A stretch of DNA of 64,000 bases, taken from Azolla caroliniana (lineage: Eukaryota; Plantae; Polypodiophyta). Below the pieces are notes generated by a model that was not told where the DNA came from, did no database searches, and saw only the letters and a list, made by a program, of their open reading frames with translations. The position numbers were made by a program, and so were the translations under genes. This document shows, one piece after another, positions 10,084-19,782 of the stretch; the stretch's first letter is position 1, and every line of letters begins with the position of its first letter. Where the stretch lies: positions 32,240,001 to 32,304,000 of the forward strand of contig JBHGNT010000001.1 in NCBI GenBank assembly GCA_043228905.1. The letters run 5' to 3'.

Positions 10084-13000
10084 TCACTTCGGCATGGGAT
10101 GTCTCTCCAGTCCGATCCTCTTCCGGCATGCTTCCAGCTTGTCGGGTGTGAGCACCTTGGTCAGCATATCTGACCCGTTCTCGTCCGTGTGGACCTTCGT
10201 CAGCTCGAACTCCTTGTCTTCTATCCTTTCCCGGATCCAGTGATATCTTCGCTGGATGTGCTTCGTCCGGGAGTGATAAGCCGCGTTCTTCGCAAGGTGG
10301 ATGGCACTCTGACTGTCGCAGTAGAGTCGGTACTCCTCCTGCTGGATACCGAGCTCTCTAATGAAGTCCTTCATCCATATTATTTCCTTGCCGGCTTCAA
10401 CAGCTGCCATGTACTCCGCCTCCGTGGTTGACAACGCAACCGTCTTCTGCAGCCTCGACTGCCACGAAACGGCTCCCCCTGCATAGGTCATCACATACCC
10501 TGATGTGGACCGGCTGGTATCTGCATCAGCCGACATATCCGAATCGGTGAAGCCGTCGAGTTCAGGCTTACCGGAGCCGAATCGGAGGCACACGTTTGCC
10601 GTGCCCTTCAGGTATCGGAGTATCCACTTGACCGCGTTCCAATGCTCTTTGCCGGGATTGCTCATGTACCGGCTCACCACTCCGACTGCGTATCCAATGT
10701 CTGGTCTTGTACACACCATTGCGTACATCAAGCTTCCGACAGCAGAGGCATATGGTACTTTCATCATGTCCTCTTTCTCAGCCTTTGTCCTGGGGCTTTG
10801 CTTGCTGGACAGCTTGCAGTTTGCCGAGAGGGTTGATCCGACCGGTCTTGCTTCCGACATGTTGAACCGTTGAAGCACCTTTGTCACGTACTTCTCCTGT
10901 GACAGCCACAACTGCTTCTTGCTCCGGTCCCGGATGATGTGCATCCCTAGTATTTGTCTCGCCGGACCCAAGTCCTTCATTGAGAAGGTTCGGTGAAGAG
11001 CCTTCTTCAGCATCCGTATCTTGACCTGGTCCCGTCCGACGATCAACATGTCGTCCACGTACAAGAGGAGTATTAGAGAGTCTCCTCCTTCGAACTTCTT
11101 CACAAACACGCAGTGGTCAGACTGCGTTTTGTGGTACCCTTCGTCGGTCATGAAGGAGTCGAACTTCCGGTACCATTGCCGGGGAGCCTGCTTCAGTCCG
11201 TAAAGGCTCTTCTTCAACCGGCATACCAGGTGCTCCTTCCCTTTCTTCTCGAATCCTTCCGGTTGCTGCATATAGATCTCTTCTTCGAGGTCACCGTGAA
11301 GGAATGCCGTCTTCACGTCCATCTGTTCTACCTCGAGGTCCATGCTTGCTGCTATGCTCAGCACCGTCCGGATGGAGGTCATCTTCACTACCGGGGCAAA
11401 TATCTCGTCGAAGTCGACGCCCTTCTTTTGCTGAAACCCCTTCACCACGATCCTGGCTTTGTATCTCGGGGGGTTTCCGGCATCTCCCGGTTTCAGCTTG
11501 AACACCCACTTGTTTCGAAGTGCCCGCTTTCCTTTCGGCAACTCCACAAGTTCATATGTGTGATTCTCATGCAGGGAATCCATCTCGTCCTGCATGGCAC
11601 TCAACCACCTGCGGCTCTGGGTGTCATGTTTTGCTTCTTCAAAACTTTCCGGCTCCCCCTCGTCTGTTAGCAGCACGTGCTCTGGTTCCGGAAATCTCCG
11701 GGGGGCCCTTCTCTCTCTTAGAGGATATCTCCGTTCGGGAGCTTTGGTAACCGGTTCTTCCGATTCTTCTTCTTCATCGGAATCCATTTCGGGATCGGGG
11801 CCGGTTCCGGTATCATTTTCATCTTCTTCGGCCGGTTCTGTTTCTTCACCGTCTTCGGCCGGATCCTCGAGTGCTAACCGGTCCCTTGCCGGTCGGGACT
11901 GCTCCTCGTAGAGTTGATCCTCACCGGTCGACTTTGAGCTCTTCATCTTCTTCTCCGACTCCCAGTCGGCGAGTGTCTTGTCCTCCATGAAGATGATGTC
12001 TCGACTCCTGAATATCTTCTTGTCGACCGGGTCCCATACTCGGTAGCCGAACTCGTCGTCACCGTAACCGAGGAATATGCATGGCCGGGTCTTTGGATCT
12101 AGCTTTCCTCTCCGGTCCTTTGCCACATGCACGTATGCGAGACACCCGAACACCTTCAGATGCCGGTAGGATACTTTCCTACCGGTCCACACTCTCTGCG
12201 GCGTGTCTCCGTCCAAAGGTACTGAGGGTGATCTGTTTATCACGTATGTCGCCGTCGACATCGCCTCAGCCCAAAACCCCTTGGGTAATTTCGCATGCGC
12301 CAGCATACTCCGGACCCTCTCCATTATGGTCCGGTTCATCCTCTCGGCCAGCCCGTTCAGTTCCGGCGTCTTCGGCACAGTAAACTCGAGCCGGATTCCC
12401 TTCGAGCGACAGTACTCCTGGAACTGCCCCCGGTATTCCCCTCCGTTATCCGCTCGTATCGCTTTCAGCTTCTTGCCGGATTCTCTTTCCACTCTCGCGT
12501 GGAGTTCTTTGAAGACGGACAACACTTGGTCCTTTGTCTTCAACGGTGCCGTCCACAGCTTCCGGCTGTGGTCATCAATGAATGTCACGAAGTACTGGGC
12601 TCCGCCATGTGACTTCGTTTCTACCTGACACACATCAGTGTGCACCAGCTCCAATGGTGCGCTACGTCTCGTCGGTGGCCTTGAGTGGAAGGAGGTCCGG
12701 TTTTGCTTACCGGCCAGGCAGTCGGTGCACTTCTCCAGGTGCACATGCTTCACTGGAATAAGGTTGTCTTCTGCAAGCCTCTTCATCCCCTTCTCACTCA
12801 TGTGGCACAGTCTCTTGTGCCACAGCTCACCGGCAGTGTCGGCTGCCACGTTCAGCTCCTCCGGACAGAGCCGGGAATTCATCAGGTACAGGGTGTTGAC
12901 CTTCCGGGCCCGAGCCACTATCAGGCTCCCTTTGCTGAACTTCATGACACCGTTCCGGATGCTACCCGTGTAGCCTTCATCGTCTAGCCTCCCGGCCGAA

Positions 13001-14160
13001 ATCAGGTTCAATCGAACCTCCGGAACGTGTCGAACATCCTTCAGCAGCATTTTGCATCCGGTCGGGGTTGTCAACCACACGTCTCCTATGCCGGCAATCC
13101 GGCACGTACCTTCATTCCCCATCCGAACACAGCCATGCTCACCGGCTGTGTAGGATGAGAAGTATCTTCTCTCCGGGGTCAGGTGGAACGATGCTCCGGA
13201 ATCGACCACCCAGGTCGTCTCATCGCCGGCTACGTTTAGTTCACCTTCTTCGGTGATGAGCATGATCTCTTCCTCACTTGCCGCGAGTGCCGTTGTTCCT
13301 TTCCGGTCCTGCCCTCGCCGATCCGAACCTCTCCGGTCCGTGGCTCCCCGGTATGCACCGTTTCTCTCCGGTGACTTCTTCGAATCGGTGTCGTCGGCTC
13401 CGTTGTCCTTTCGGTAATGCCGACAATTCTTCCGGAAGTGCCCCGGCTTCCCACAGTGGAAGCATGTGGGCCTTCCTCTTGACTGCGACCGGGTCCCCGA
13501 CTTCTCCCGTCTTTGCGGACTCCGGTTCCACTGTCTTCCCCGTTCCGATTCGGTAAGCAGCGCCTTCGAGTCGGAGACCGGTTCTTTATCTCTCCGACGC
13601 GCTTCTTCGTTCAAAATACTTGTCTTTACCGTTTGTAGAGACAAGTTATCTTCGGTGCAGGAGGTGCTGAGAGTCACCACCAAGTTCTCCCAGCTGTCCG
13701 GCAATGTACACATCAGGATGATGGCTTGCATTGCATCCTCCAACGGGAACTTGATCGCCGCAAGCTGGTTCACGAATCCCATGAACGTGCTTACGTGTTC
13801 CACCATACTTTCGCCGTCCCGGTACTTGAGGTTCACTATCTTTCTCATCAGGGAGGTCCGGTTCAACGCATTCTTCCTCTCGTAGAGGCCCGACAGCTTC
13901 CTCCACATCTCATATGCGTTGGTGTCGTTCGCCACGTGTTGTAGAACGCTCACGTCGACGTATTGCCGAATGGTTGCAACGGCTTTCCGGTTCAGAAGCC
14001 TCCACTCCGTCTCAAGTACCCCCTTGGGTATTTCCGACCTGTCGATCGGTTCATACAGGTCCCGAACAATGAGCAGATCCTCCATCTTTATCTTCCAGTC
14101 GGCGTAATTCTGCGCATTCAGCACCATCATGCCCGGAGGCCCACTACCGGCGCCTTCCAT
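10084..14160 (-). CDS. Copia gag-pol polyprotein (Gag-PR-INT-RT-RH)
   Basis: LNAQNYADWKIKMEDLL gag, CFHCGKPGHFRKNC knuckle, WVVDSGAS protease, WHKRLCH GAG-pre-integrase, HTDV/ADNGGEY/NGLAER integrase, QMDVKTAFLHG and YVDD RT, ADADTSRSTSG RNase H. The true start is probably ATG 14160 (MEGAGS). Confidence 0.97.
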   Translation of the reverse strand: MEGAGSGPPGMMVLNAQNYADWKIKMEDLLIVRDLYEPIDRSEIPKGVLETEWRLLNRKAVATIRQYVDVSVLQHVANDTNAYEMWRKLSGLYERKNALNRTSLMRKIVNLKYRDGESMVEHVSTFMGFVNQLAAIKFPLEDAMQAIILMCTLPDSWENLVVTLSTSCTEDNLSLQTVKTSILNEEARRRDKEPVSDSKALLTESERGRQWNRSPQRREKSGTRSQSRGRPTCFHCGKPGHFRKNCRHYRKDNGADDTDSKKSPERNGAYRGATDRRGSDRRGQDRKGTTALAASEEEIMLITEEGELNVAGDETTWVVDSGASFHLTPERRYFSSYTAGEHGCVRMGNEGTCRIAGIGDVWLTTPTGCKMLLKDVRHVPEVRLNLISAGRLDDEGYTGSIRNGVMKFSKGSLIVARARKVNTLYLMNSRLCPEELNVAADTAGELWHKRLCHMSEKGMKRLAEDNLIPVKHVHLEKCTDCLAGKQNRTSFHSRPPTRRSAPLELVHTDVCQVETKSHGGAQYFVTFIDDHSRKLWTAPLKTKDQVLSVFKELHARVERESGKKLKAIRADNGGEYRGQFQEYCRSKGIRLEFTVPKTPELNGLAERMNRTIMERVRSMLAHAKLPKGFWAEAMSTATYVINRSPSVPLDGDTPQRVWTGRKVSYRHLKVFGCLAYVHVAKDRRGKLDPKTRPCIFLGYGDDEFGYRVWDPVDKKIFRSRDIIFMEDKTLADWESEKKMKSSKSTGEDQLYEEQSRPARDRLALEDPAEDGEETEPAEEDENDTGTGPDPEMDSDEEEESEEPVTKAPERRYPLRERRAPRRFPEPEHVLLTDEGEPESFEEAKHDTQSRRWLSAMQDEMDSLHENHTYELVELPKGKRALRNKWVFKLKPGDAGNPPRYKARIVVKGFQQKKGVDFDEIFAPVVKMTSIRTVLSIAASMDLEVEQMDVKTAFLHGDLEEEIYMQQPEGFEKKGKEHLVCRLKKSLYGLKQAPRQWYRKFDSFMTDEGYHKTQSDHCVFVKKFEGGDSLILLLYVDDMLIVGRDQVKIRMLKKALHRTFSMKDLGPARQILGMHIIRDRSKKQLWLSQEKYVTKVLQRFNMSEARPVGSTLSANCKLSSKQSPRTKAEKEDMMKVPYASAVGSLMYAMVCTRPDIGYAVGVVSRYMSNPGKEHWNAVKWILRYLKGTANVCLRFGSGKPELDGFTDSDMSADADTSRSTSGYVMTYAGGAVSWQSRLQKTVALSTTEAEYMAAVEAGKEIIWMKDFIRELGIQQEEYRLYCDSQSAIHLAKNAAYHSRTKHIQRRYHWIRERIEDKEFELTKVHTDENGSDMLTKVLTPDKLEACRKRIGLERHPMPK

Positions 14161-14176
14161 TTTCTGTGTTACCGTC

Positions 14177-14188
14177 GCTCTGATACCA
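14177..14188 (-). other. PBS for initiator tRNA-Met
   Basis: TGGTATCAGAGC on the minus strand, 3 nt inside the 5' LTR boundary. Confidence 0.95.
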
Positions 14189-14191
14189 ATT

Positions 14192-14812
14192 TGTTGCAAT
14201 TCCGTGCTCGGCCACAACCGAGGAACAGGATCGATTCGCAGAAAACGGGAAATACAAGAATGCACGAAGAACAACAGAGAGAAAGGTCCACTGGATGTTT
14301 TACGTGGAAAACCCTAAATGGGAAAAAACCACGGGAGTCCTCAAACTCCAACTATCACTATGAACAGGGATGTACACTGGTGAAGCTACAAGGCAACAAC
14401 CTTGAGCTCACTGTCTTCGCCACAGGCGGCGGTAATACACAGAGGCAACGACCTCTTCGTCTCTCACTCTCTCTCTCGGCTGCTCTCGCTTCTCATGAAA
14501 AAATGAGCAACAACATAAAACTGTTTGCCCTAAGTCATATTTATACACATATGACTTTCGGGCTATTTACAAATATAGCCTCAAGGGCTCTTGGCAAACA
14601 TATTCACAAATATGTCTCCGCATCCGGATCTCTCTCCGGGTACATTCATCATCCGGTTCCGTAACCGGGGTCTTCATCATCCGGCTCCGTAACCGGGGTC
14701 TTCATCATCCGGTTCCGTAACCGGGGTCTTCATCATCCGGTTCCGTAACCGCAACCGGGCTTGCCGTCATTCATCTCCGGACATCCCATCCGGAGGGACC
14801 GAAATCCCAACA
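14192..14812 (-). repeat. 5' LTR of the copia element
   Basis: Direct repeat of 9453-10073. Confidence 0.96.
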
Positions 14813-16410
14813 TGTGGCTACGGTGGGTAGGCGAGCAAATCGCCGGAGTGGTCGAGTATATAGAGGCGGAAGAGAGAGCGCACCAGGAACGGTTGCTCGT
14901 CACAACCGTAGATCTAGAGACGGCCCGGTCCAGAATCCGGAGCCTTGAACAAGACTTGGACAGGGTCACAAGGGAAACACAAGTCCAAGCACCGGTGACT
15001 CCGGGCAATGTACAGAATAAAGTGTCAAATCACCCTGTACATAGCAATCAGACCCCGGCAACGGAAACCGTTCCGGAGGGAAATGCGGCACAAGCCCAAG
15101 AGCTTGCGGATTTAAAGGATGAGCTAGCTGCCCAAGAAGCGCTGAGGAGCCGCGAAAGAGAATTGAAGACGGCAGCGGAGGCAGAACTCAAAAAGACTGC
15201 TGAGAATCTACGCCGGGCCGAGGAGAGCTTACGGAAAGGCCACCAAGCATACGACCGGCTCAAGGAGGAGAAGGAGAAAATGCTGCAAGAGAAGGAGAGG
15301 CTCCGGAGGAACGCCGAAACAGAAGTAGAGAGCCTGAAAGAGGAACTCCGGCAGGTAAAGGACCGGGAGGACCGGAACCATCGCCAGATCAACGGCAAGC
15401 TCAAACAAAAAACGGAGGAATTTGAGCAATTGCACCGGGAGTATAAACGGTTGCAAACGGAGCACAAGGAACGGACGGATGAGCTCCGGCAAGCAGTTGA
15501 TCGGACCGCAACCGCATTCGCTAAGGAACAAGCGGAAAACAGAAGACGGTTGGAAGAGGCGGAGAAGGTTCGGACAGAGCTCCTCAGGCAACAGCAGGCG
15601 GAAAAAGAAAGAGCGGCAGAGGTACTGCAGAGGCTGCAAACGACATATCAAGGGCAGCTGACGCGCTACAGAGAGCAGGCGGAGGATACGGCAAACCTCA
15701 TCAAGCAGTTGAAGGAGGAGCGACAAGTGGTGGAAAGCAGAGCTCAAATGGGAGCAAGTCGCATCCAAGATATAATGCGGGCCTGGTTGAACCAGACCAA
15801 GAGCTTGATTGACAACGGTTCCGTCAAATGGTGGACCAAGTGGGCCACGAACGCGGCGGAACTCCAATTGCTCCGGGCTGACGTAGAGAACCGGCGGAAG
15901 GAGGGAGATGATTGCTATATGCTGACTTCCGAAGACTTCACCGGCATAAGGGATGAGCTTGCCGAAGACTTTCAAGCCTTGGCAGAGGACCAACTAGAGC
16001 AAGTCCGGCAACTTGTAGCTCAGCTGGACGACGACAGGCTGGAGGCGCAGATCCAGTTTGAAAGCTACGAGAGGTCCCGGCTCCGGGGAGAGAAAGAACG
16101 AGAACCAGTTACGGTCAACCTCAGTGATGAGGAACCGTTACTGGAAGGAGACCGAACCGGAAGCAGTCAAACGGAGATGCCGGAGCCAGAGAGACAAACG
16201 GAGCAGCCGGAGTCAGCGAAGCAAACGGAGCAGCAGCAGCAAGCAGAGCAGCCGGCGCAACCTCAGTCCCAACCGCAACCACAGCAGCAGCAGCAAGCAC
16301 AGCCGCAACAACCACAACCGGAAGAACAAGTGGAAATTCTTGAACAAAGTAATTTGGACAATTTGGGTGAACAATGAAGGGGCCGAGAAGGGTTCGACGT
16401 ACAAGGTACT

Positions 16411-16427
16411 GTCCCACGGGCGTGCCA
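16411..16427 (+). other. Sense copy of the tRNA-Arg(UCU) 3' end (a PBS when read on the minus strand) abutting the LTR
   Basis: GTCCCACGGGCGTGCCA vs plant tRNA-Arg(UCU) 3' end GTCCCACCGGGCGTGCCA (from memory; one C missing). The reverse complement TGGCACGCCCGTGGGAC lies 2 nt from the LTR edge. Confidence 0.75.
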
Positions 16428-16429
16428 TG

Positions 16430-16849
16430 TGTTACCGGCCGGCAAGGAGTCCAAATTACGGAGTGAAGGAATTAATTAGATATGGTTGTAGATAAGCATA
16501 GTGTGGACGGACGGACTGGAAACGGTATGCCGTTCCAGATCCGGACGGATCCCGAATAGGTGCGAGAGGCACCGTTTTGTACTACGGGCCGGAAACCTAT
16601 TTAAAGGCCCGGACCCTATTGTAATGACAGCGGATAATTAGTAGAGCTTATGTTGTTTATACTTCTGTCTTGATTTCCGTTCTGTAATCACTATTATATC
16701 TTACGCGTGTAATTAACCAAAGCAATCTAATAGTGTAACCTACGTAAGTCGGTGTAATCGTTGAATCTTAATCCTATGCCGTAATCACCCTTTGGTGAAG
16801 TGTCTCCGTGACACCTTGTGTTAGGCCTTGTCCGGCTAAGAGAGTAACA
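16430..16849 (+). repeat. LTR of the host gypsy element (420 bp)
   Basis: Inverted termini TGTTAC/GTAACA, TATA-like CCTATTTAAAGG near 16596, T-rich 3' part; LINE ORF1 sequence resumes at 16850. Confidence 0.75.
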
Positions 16850-18171
16850 TCTGTTAGATCAAAAGAGAAGCCTATAGCCGGCAACTTGTTTCGTTCAACA
16901 ACAATTACATAAACCCTTAGCCCTAGAGCTTCCCCTTGTGGCAAATCCGTCAGTCTTGTGAGAGCTTGCTGACTAAACCAATATCCCTTGTCCAGCATGT
17001 CCCCTTCCAATATTTTTGACCTAACAAATTTGATTGGAACTCTAACATTTGCCTCCTTACTTCTTTCTCCCACTGCTTGCAACTTAATTTCAGGAGTGTT
17101 GGGTGAGCTTTCTTGACATCTCCCATTACGCAGCCAGTCTTTCATTGCTCTCAGTCCCATACTTCCACTTTTACCAATAGAGGAAGGGGAGCCCATGGTA
17201 GATTCTTGTCTAAGTGTTCCACTTTTTAACATGACCTCGGGTGTACATACTACCACCTCTTCAACAATAGTTTTCTTTGAATCTTGTGCTAGGTCCTCCT
17301 CTTCTTGCAACACTTCAAAACGATTTCTCAAATCTGCATGAGGTGTATTCATGTTTACTTCTCGTTGCAAGCCATTTTTCCGTCCCGAAACACGAGTCCA
17401 GCCATTTGCACTATTGTTCGCCTTCTCAGCCCCAATGAGGTTGCTCAATCTTGTCTCCCTTATCGGTTCTTGCTTATCTAACAACCCAATATCCTTCTCC
17501 CCCCTTACATTTCTATTAATCTTCCTTGGACATTCCTTGGCAATGTGGCCCTTTCTTTTACAATAGAAACATTGGCCAGGTAAACCCTCATATTCCACCT
17601 CCACATCTATCAATCTTCCCTCCACATCATGCACTCTAATTAGGGAGGGAAGTGTGGACAAACTTTGCACAAGCACCCTAATCTTAGGGGAGTCTCGGAT
17701 TTTGTCTACCATGGATGCCTTGGAAGGACAAATTGTGCCAATCTTCTCCCCAATATTTTGCATCAACGGATATAAGTGTCGAGGTAGATTAGGGAATACC
17801 ATAGATATCACCATGGGATTACCAATTTTCTTAGCCTCATCCATAACATTGAAATTAGCATGCCACTCCAACAACAAAGCTCTTCCGTATTTGAGTTCTA
17901 CACATTTCATATTGATAATTTGCGATACATCACTCCCTTCGTTCACTTCGATGTGAAAGAAATTTCGACCCATATTATCCACACTCTTTATATGTGGGAC
18001 CTTATCCATTAAAGCTACTTGTAGCATATCACGGACCATACCTCTGTTGGGCCTACCACCAAATAGCTTACAAATGAATGAACATTTTTTTAATCTTTTG
18101 ATCTCGGCATTTAAGATTGTACTTTCTTCTTCGGACAGAAAAACATCCAATACATCGGAAGTCTCCACCAT
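16850..18171 (-). mobile_element. L1-type LINE ORF1 (DUF4283-like RRM region plus CCHC knuckle), truncated by the gypsy insertion
   Basis: ICKLFGGRP...MGRNFFHI...LEWHANF...FPNLPRHLY...IGEKIG...VEYEGLPGQCFYCKRKGHIAKECP are typical of plant L1 ORF1. The ORF runs into the LTR at 16849. Confidence 0.85.
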
Positions 18172-18422
18172 TTTCAAATCCTTATCATCATCTCCTCTCG
18201 TGCATGTATTATTAGTTTGCAAAACATTTATTTACAAGTTTTGCTTAAGGAACCATGTACATTCAAGTTCTCACAACCCTATGATGTGCATGGCAAATAT
18301 CTCAAAACTAATGATATGATTGGATCGCTATTTAGGGGCAAGTTATACATTAGTGCAAGCAATTAACATGGTATGTGTAATGTAGATGGAGATTATAGCA
18401 TAAATAATCTAGTTAAAAAATA

Positions 18423-18735
18423 GGGAAAAGTACCAGTATACCCCTAGAAGTTCGTCTATTTACCAGAATGCCCTTGGAAGTTTCAAATTTACCAAACTAC
18501 CCCTATGTCCAAAAAATTACACTTTATAGAGTAATTATACACTCAAATATTTGGTAAATAGGGCTAGTTCGGGTCCATTTCTTCCATCTTTGGTAAATAG
18601 GGCTTGTAGATTTGAGTGTATAATTACTATATAAAGTGTAATTTTTTGGACATAGGGGTAGTTTGGTAAATTTGGAACTTCATGGGGCATTCTAGTAAAT
18701 AGACGAACTTCCAGGGGTATCTTGGTACTTTTCCC
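18423..18735. mobile_element. Mutator-like MITE (313 bp)
   Basis: ~125-bp imperfect TIRs starting GGGAAAAGTACC; perfect 9-bp TSD TAAAAAATA (18414-18422, 18736-18744). Confidence 0.92.
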
Positions 18736-19485
18736 TAAAAAATAATGCATATTGTGTAAGGCAATCTCCAGATTGGTCATGATTCGAGCATCATACATCG
18801 TTTTATTTATTTATTGAGATTGATCATGGCGCATTGTGTGAACCATCTTAATTGGATGCAACAATCAATTGATGATCAAATATGTACATATGATGAGCAA
18901 AAGTGACGAATTTCAAAAGCAAATAACAACTACGGGCGAGCATATGGGCTAACTACCTTCCATATGGTGAGGGAACCATGACTCTGGTTTTCCATTGGAG
19001 TCGTCAATAAACAATTGATTCAAAGTTGGTATAACGGGTTTGGTTGGTTATTGGCTCAACTTCACGTCGACCTCCACACAAGCAAGAGATGTGTCGGCAA
19101 ATTGTTTCTCGGTGAAAGCGAGAAGTCACGTGTGTGGTCTTGTCTGATATAATATGTACTCGGGGATCGATTTTCTCGTGCAATCGATTGATCGGCCGAT
19201 CGAGAGTGGCTGGCCGGCCAACAGACTTGAATGAATGGGAACAGATGCATGCAGTCTAAACACTACACTACATAATAATCTGTCTGCCTCTGCCTCTGCC
19301 TCTTGTTTCTCTGTCTCTGTCTCTGTCTCTGTCTCTGCTTGTGTCCGGCAGTCAGTGTGATAATGATTGATTATCTCGGCAACTTGCCACGTGTGTGTCA
19401 AGCAATGGAGACAAAAAAATAATTGTTCAAGGTGTGCGACAAAAAATAATTGTTCAAGGTTTTAAGTAGGCAGAGGTGGCGGCAA

Positions 19486-19770
19486 GAAGAAGAAGAAGAA
19501 GAAGAAGAAGGAAGACAGGAAGGAGTAAGTTCAGAAGAAGAACCCAAGAAAAAGATAAAGATAAAGAAGAAGAAGAAGAAGAAGAAGAAGAAGAAAGCAG
19601 TAGGAGAAGGGGGAGGAGGATACCAAGAAGAGGAGGATAAACAAAAACCCAAAAATAGAAGAAGAAGAAGAAGGAGGAGGAGGAAGAAGAGAAGAAGGAC
19701 CAGAAGGACTCAAGCAAGAAAAAAGATCAGAAGAGCCCACCAACTAAGAAAGACCAGAAGAAGAAGAGTC
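19486..19770 (+). repeat. (GAA)n purine-rich low-complexity tract in the OGDH 5' leader
   Basis: Runs of GAAGAAGAA upstream of ATG 19783. Confidence 0.8.
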
Positions 19771-19782
19771 AGGAGAAATAAA

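Larger units (their letters stand above)
9453..14812 (-). mobile_element. Intact Ty1/copia LTR retrotransposon (Tork/Tto1-like), very recent insertion
   Basis: 621-bp LTRs at 9453-10073 and 14192-14812 (TGTTG...CAACA), TSD TGTGG (9448-9452, 14813-14817), PBS-iMet, PPT and a single intact polyprotein. Confidence 0.98.
8334..16377 (+). pseudogene. Extra 3' ORF (~890 aa; globular N-terminus, low-complexity linker, long coiled coil, Q/P-rich tail) of the host gypsy element, split by the copia insertion: 8334-9452 + 14818-16377
   Basis: Removing the copia and one TGTGG copy joins ...QQQGTSSMW to LRWVGEQIAG... in frame with no stops. Confidence 0.85.
1..16849 (+). mobile_element. 3' part of a non-chromovirus (Tat/Athila-like) Ty3/gypsy LTR retrotransposon; host of two nested elements; 5' part lies upstream of the window
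   Basis: Integrase core and GPY/F region at 3-767, a large extra ORF (8334-9452 + 14818-16377) and a 420-bp TGTTAC...GTAACA LTR at 16430-16849. Removing the two TSD-bounded inserts leaves a continuous pol-extra ORF-LTR arrangement with no other LTR in between. Confidence 0.8.

Noticed and set aside
14161-14274. N-terminal extension of the copia ORF
   Set aside because: Runs through the PBS and LTR; gag starts at ATG 14160.
16774-16849. C-terminus of the 482-aa minus-strand ORF
   Set aside because: Read-through of LINE ORF1 into the inserted LTR.
19450-19782. Lys/Arg/Glu-rich N-terminal extension of the OGDH ORF
   Set aside because: Translation of a (GAA)n leader from a TTG; the presequence-like region starts at ATG 19783.
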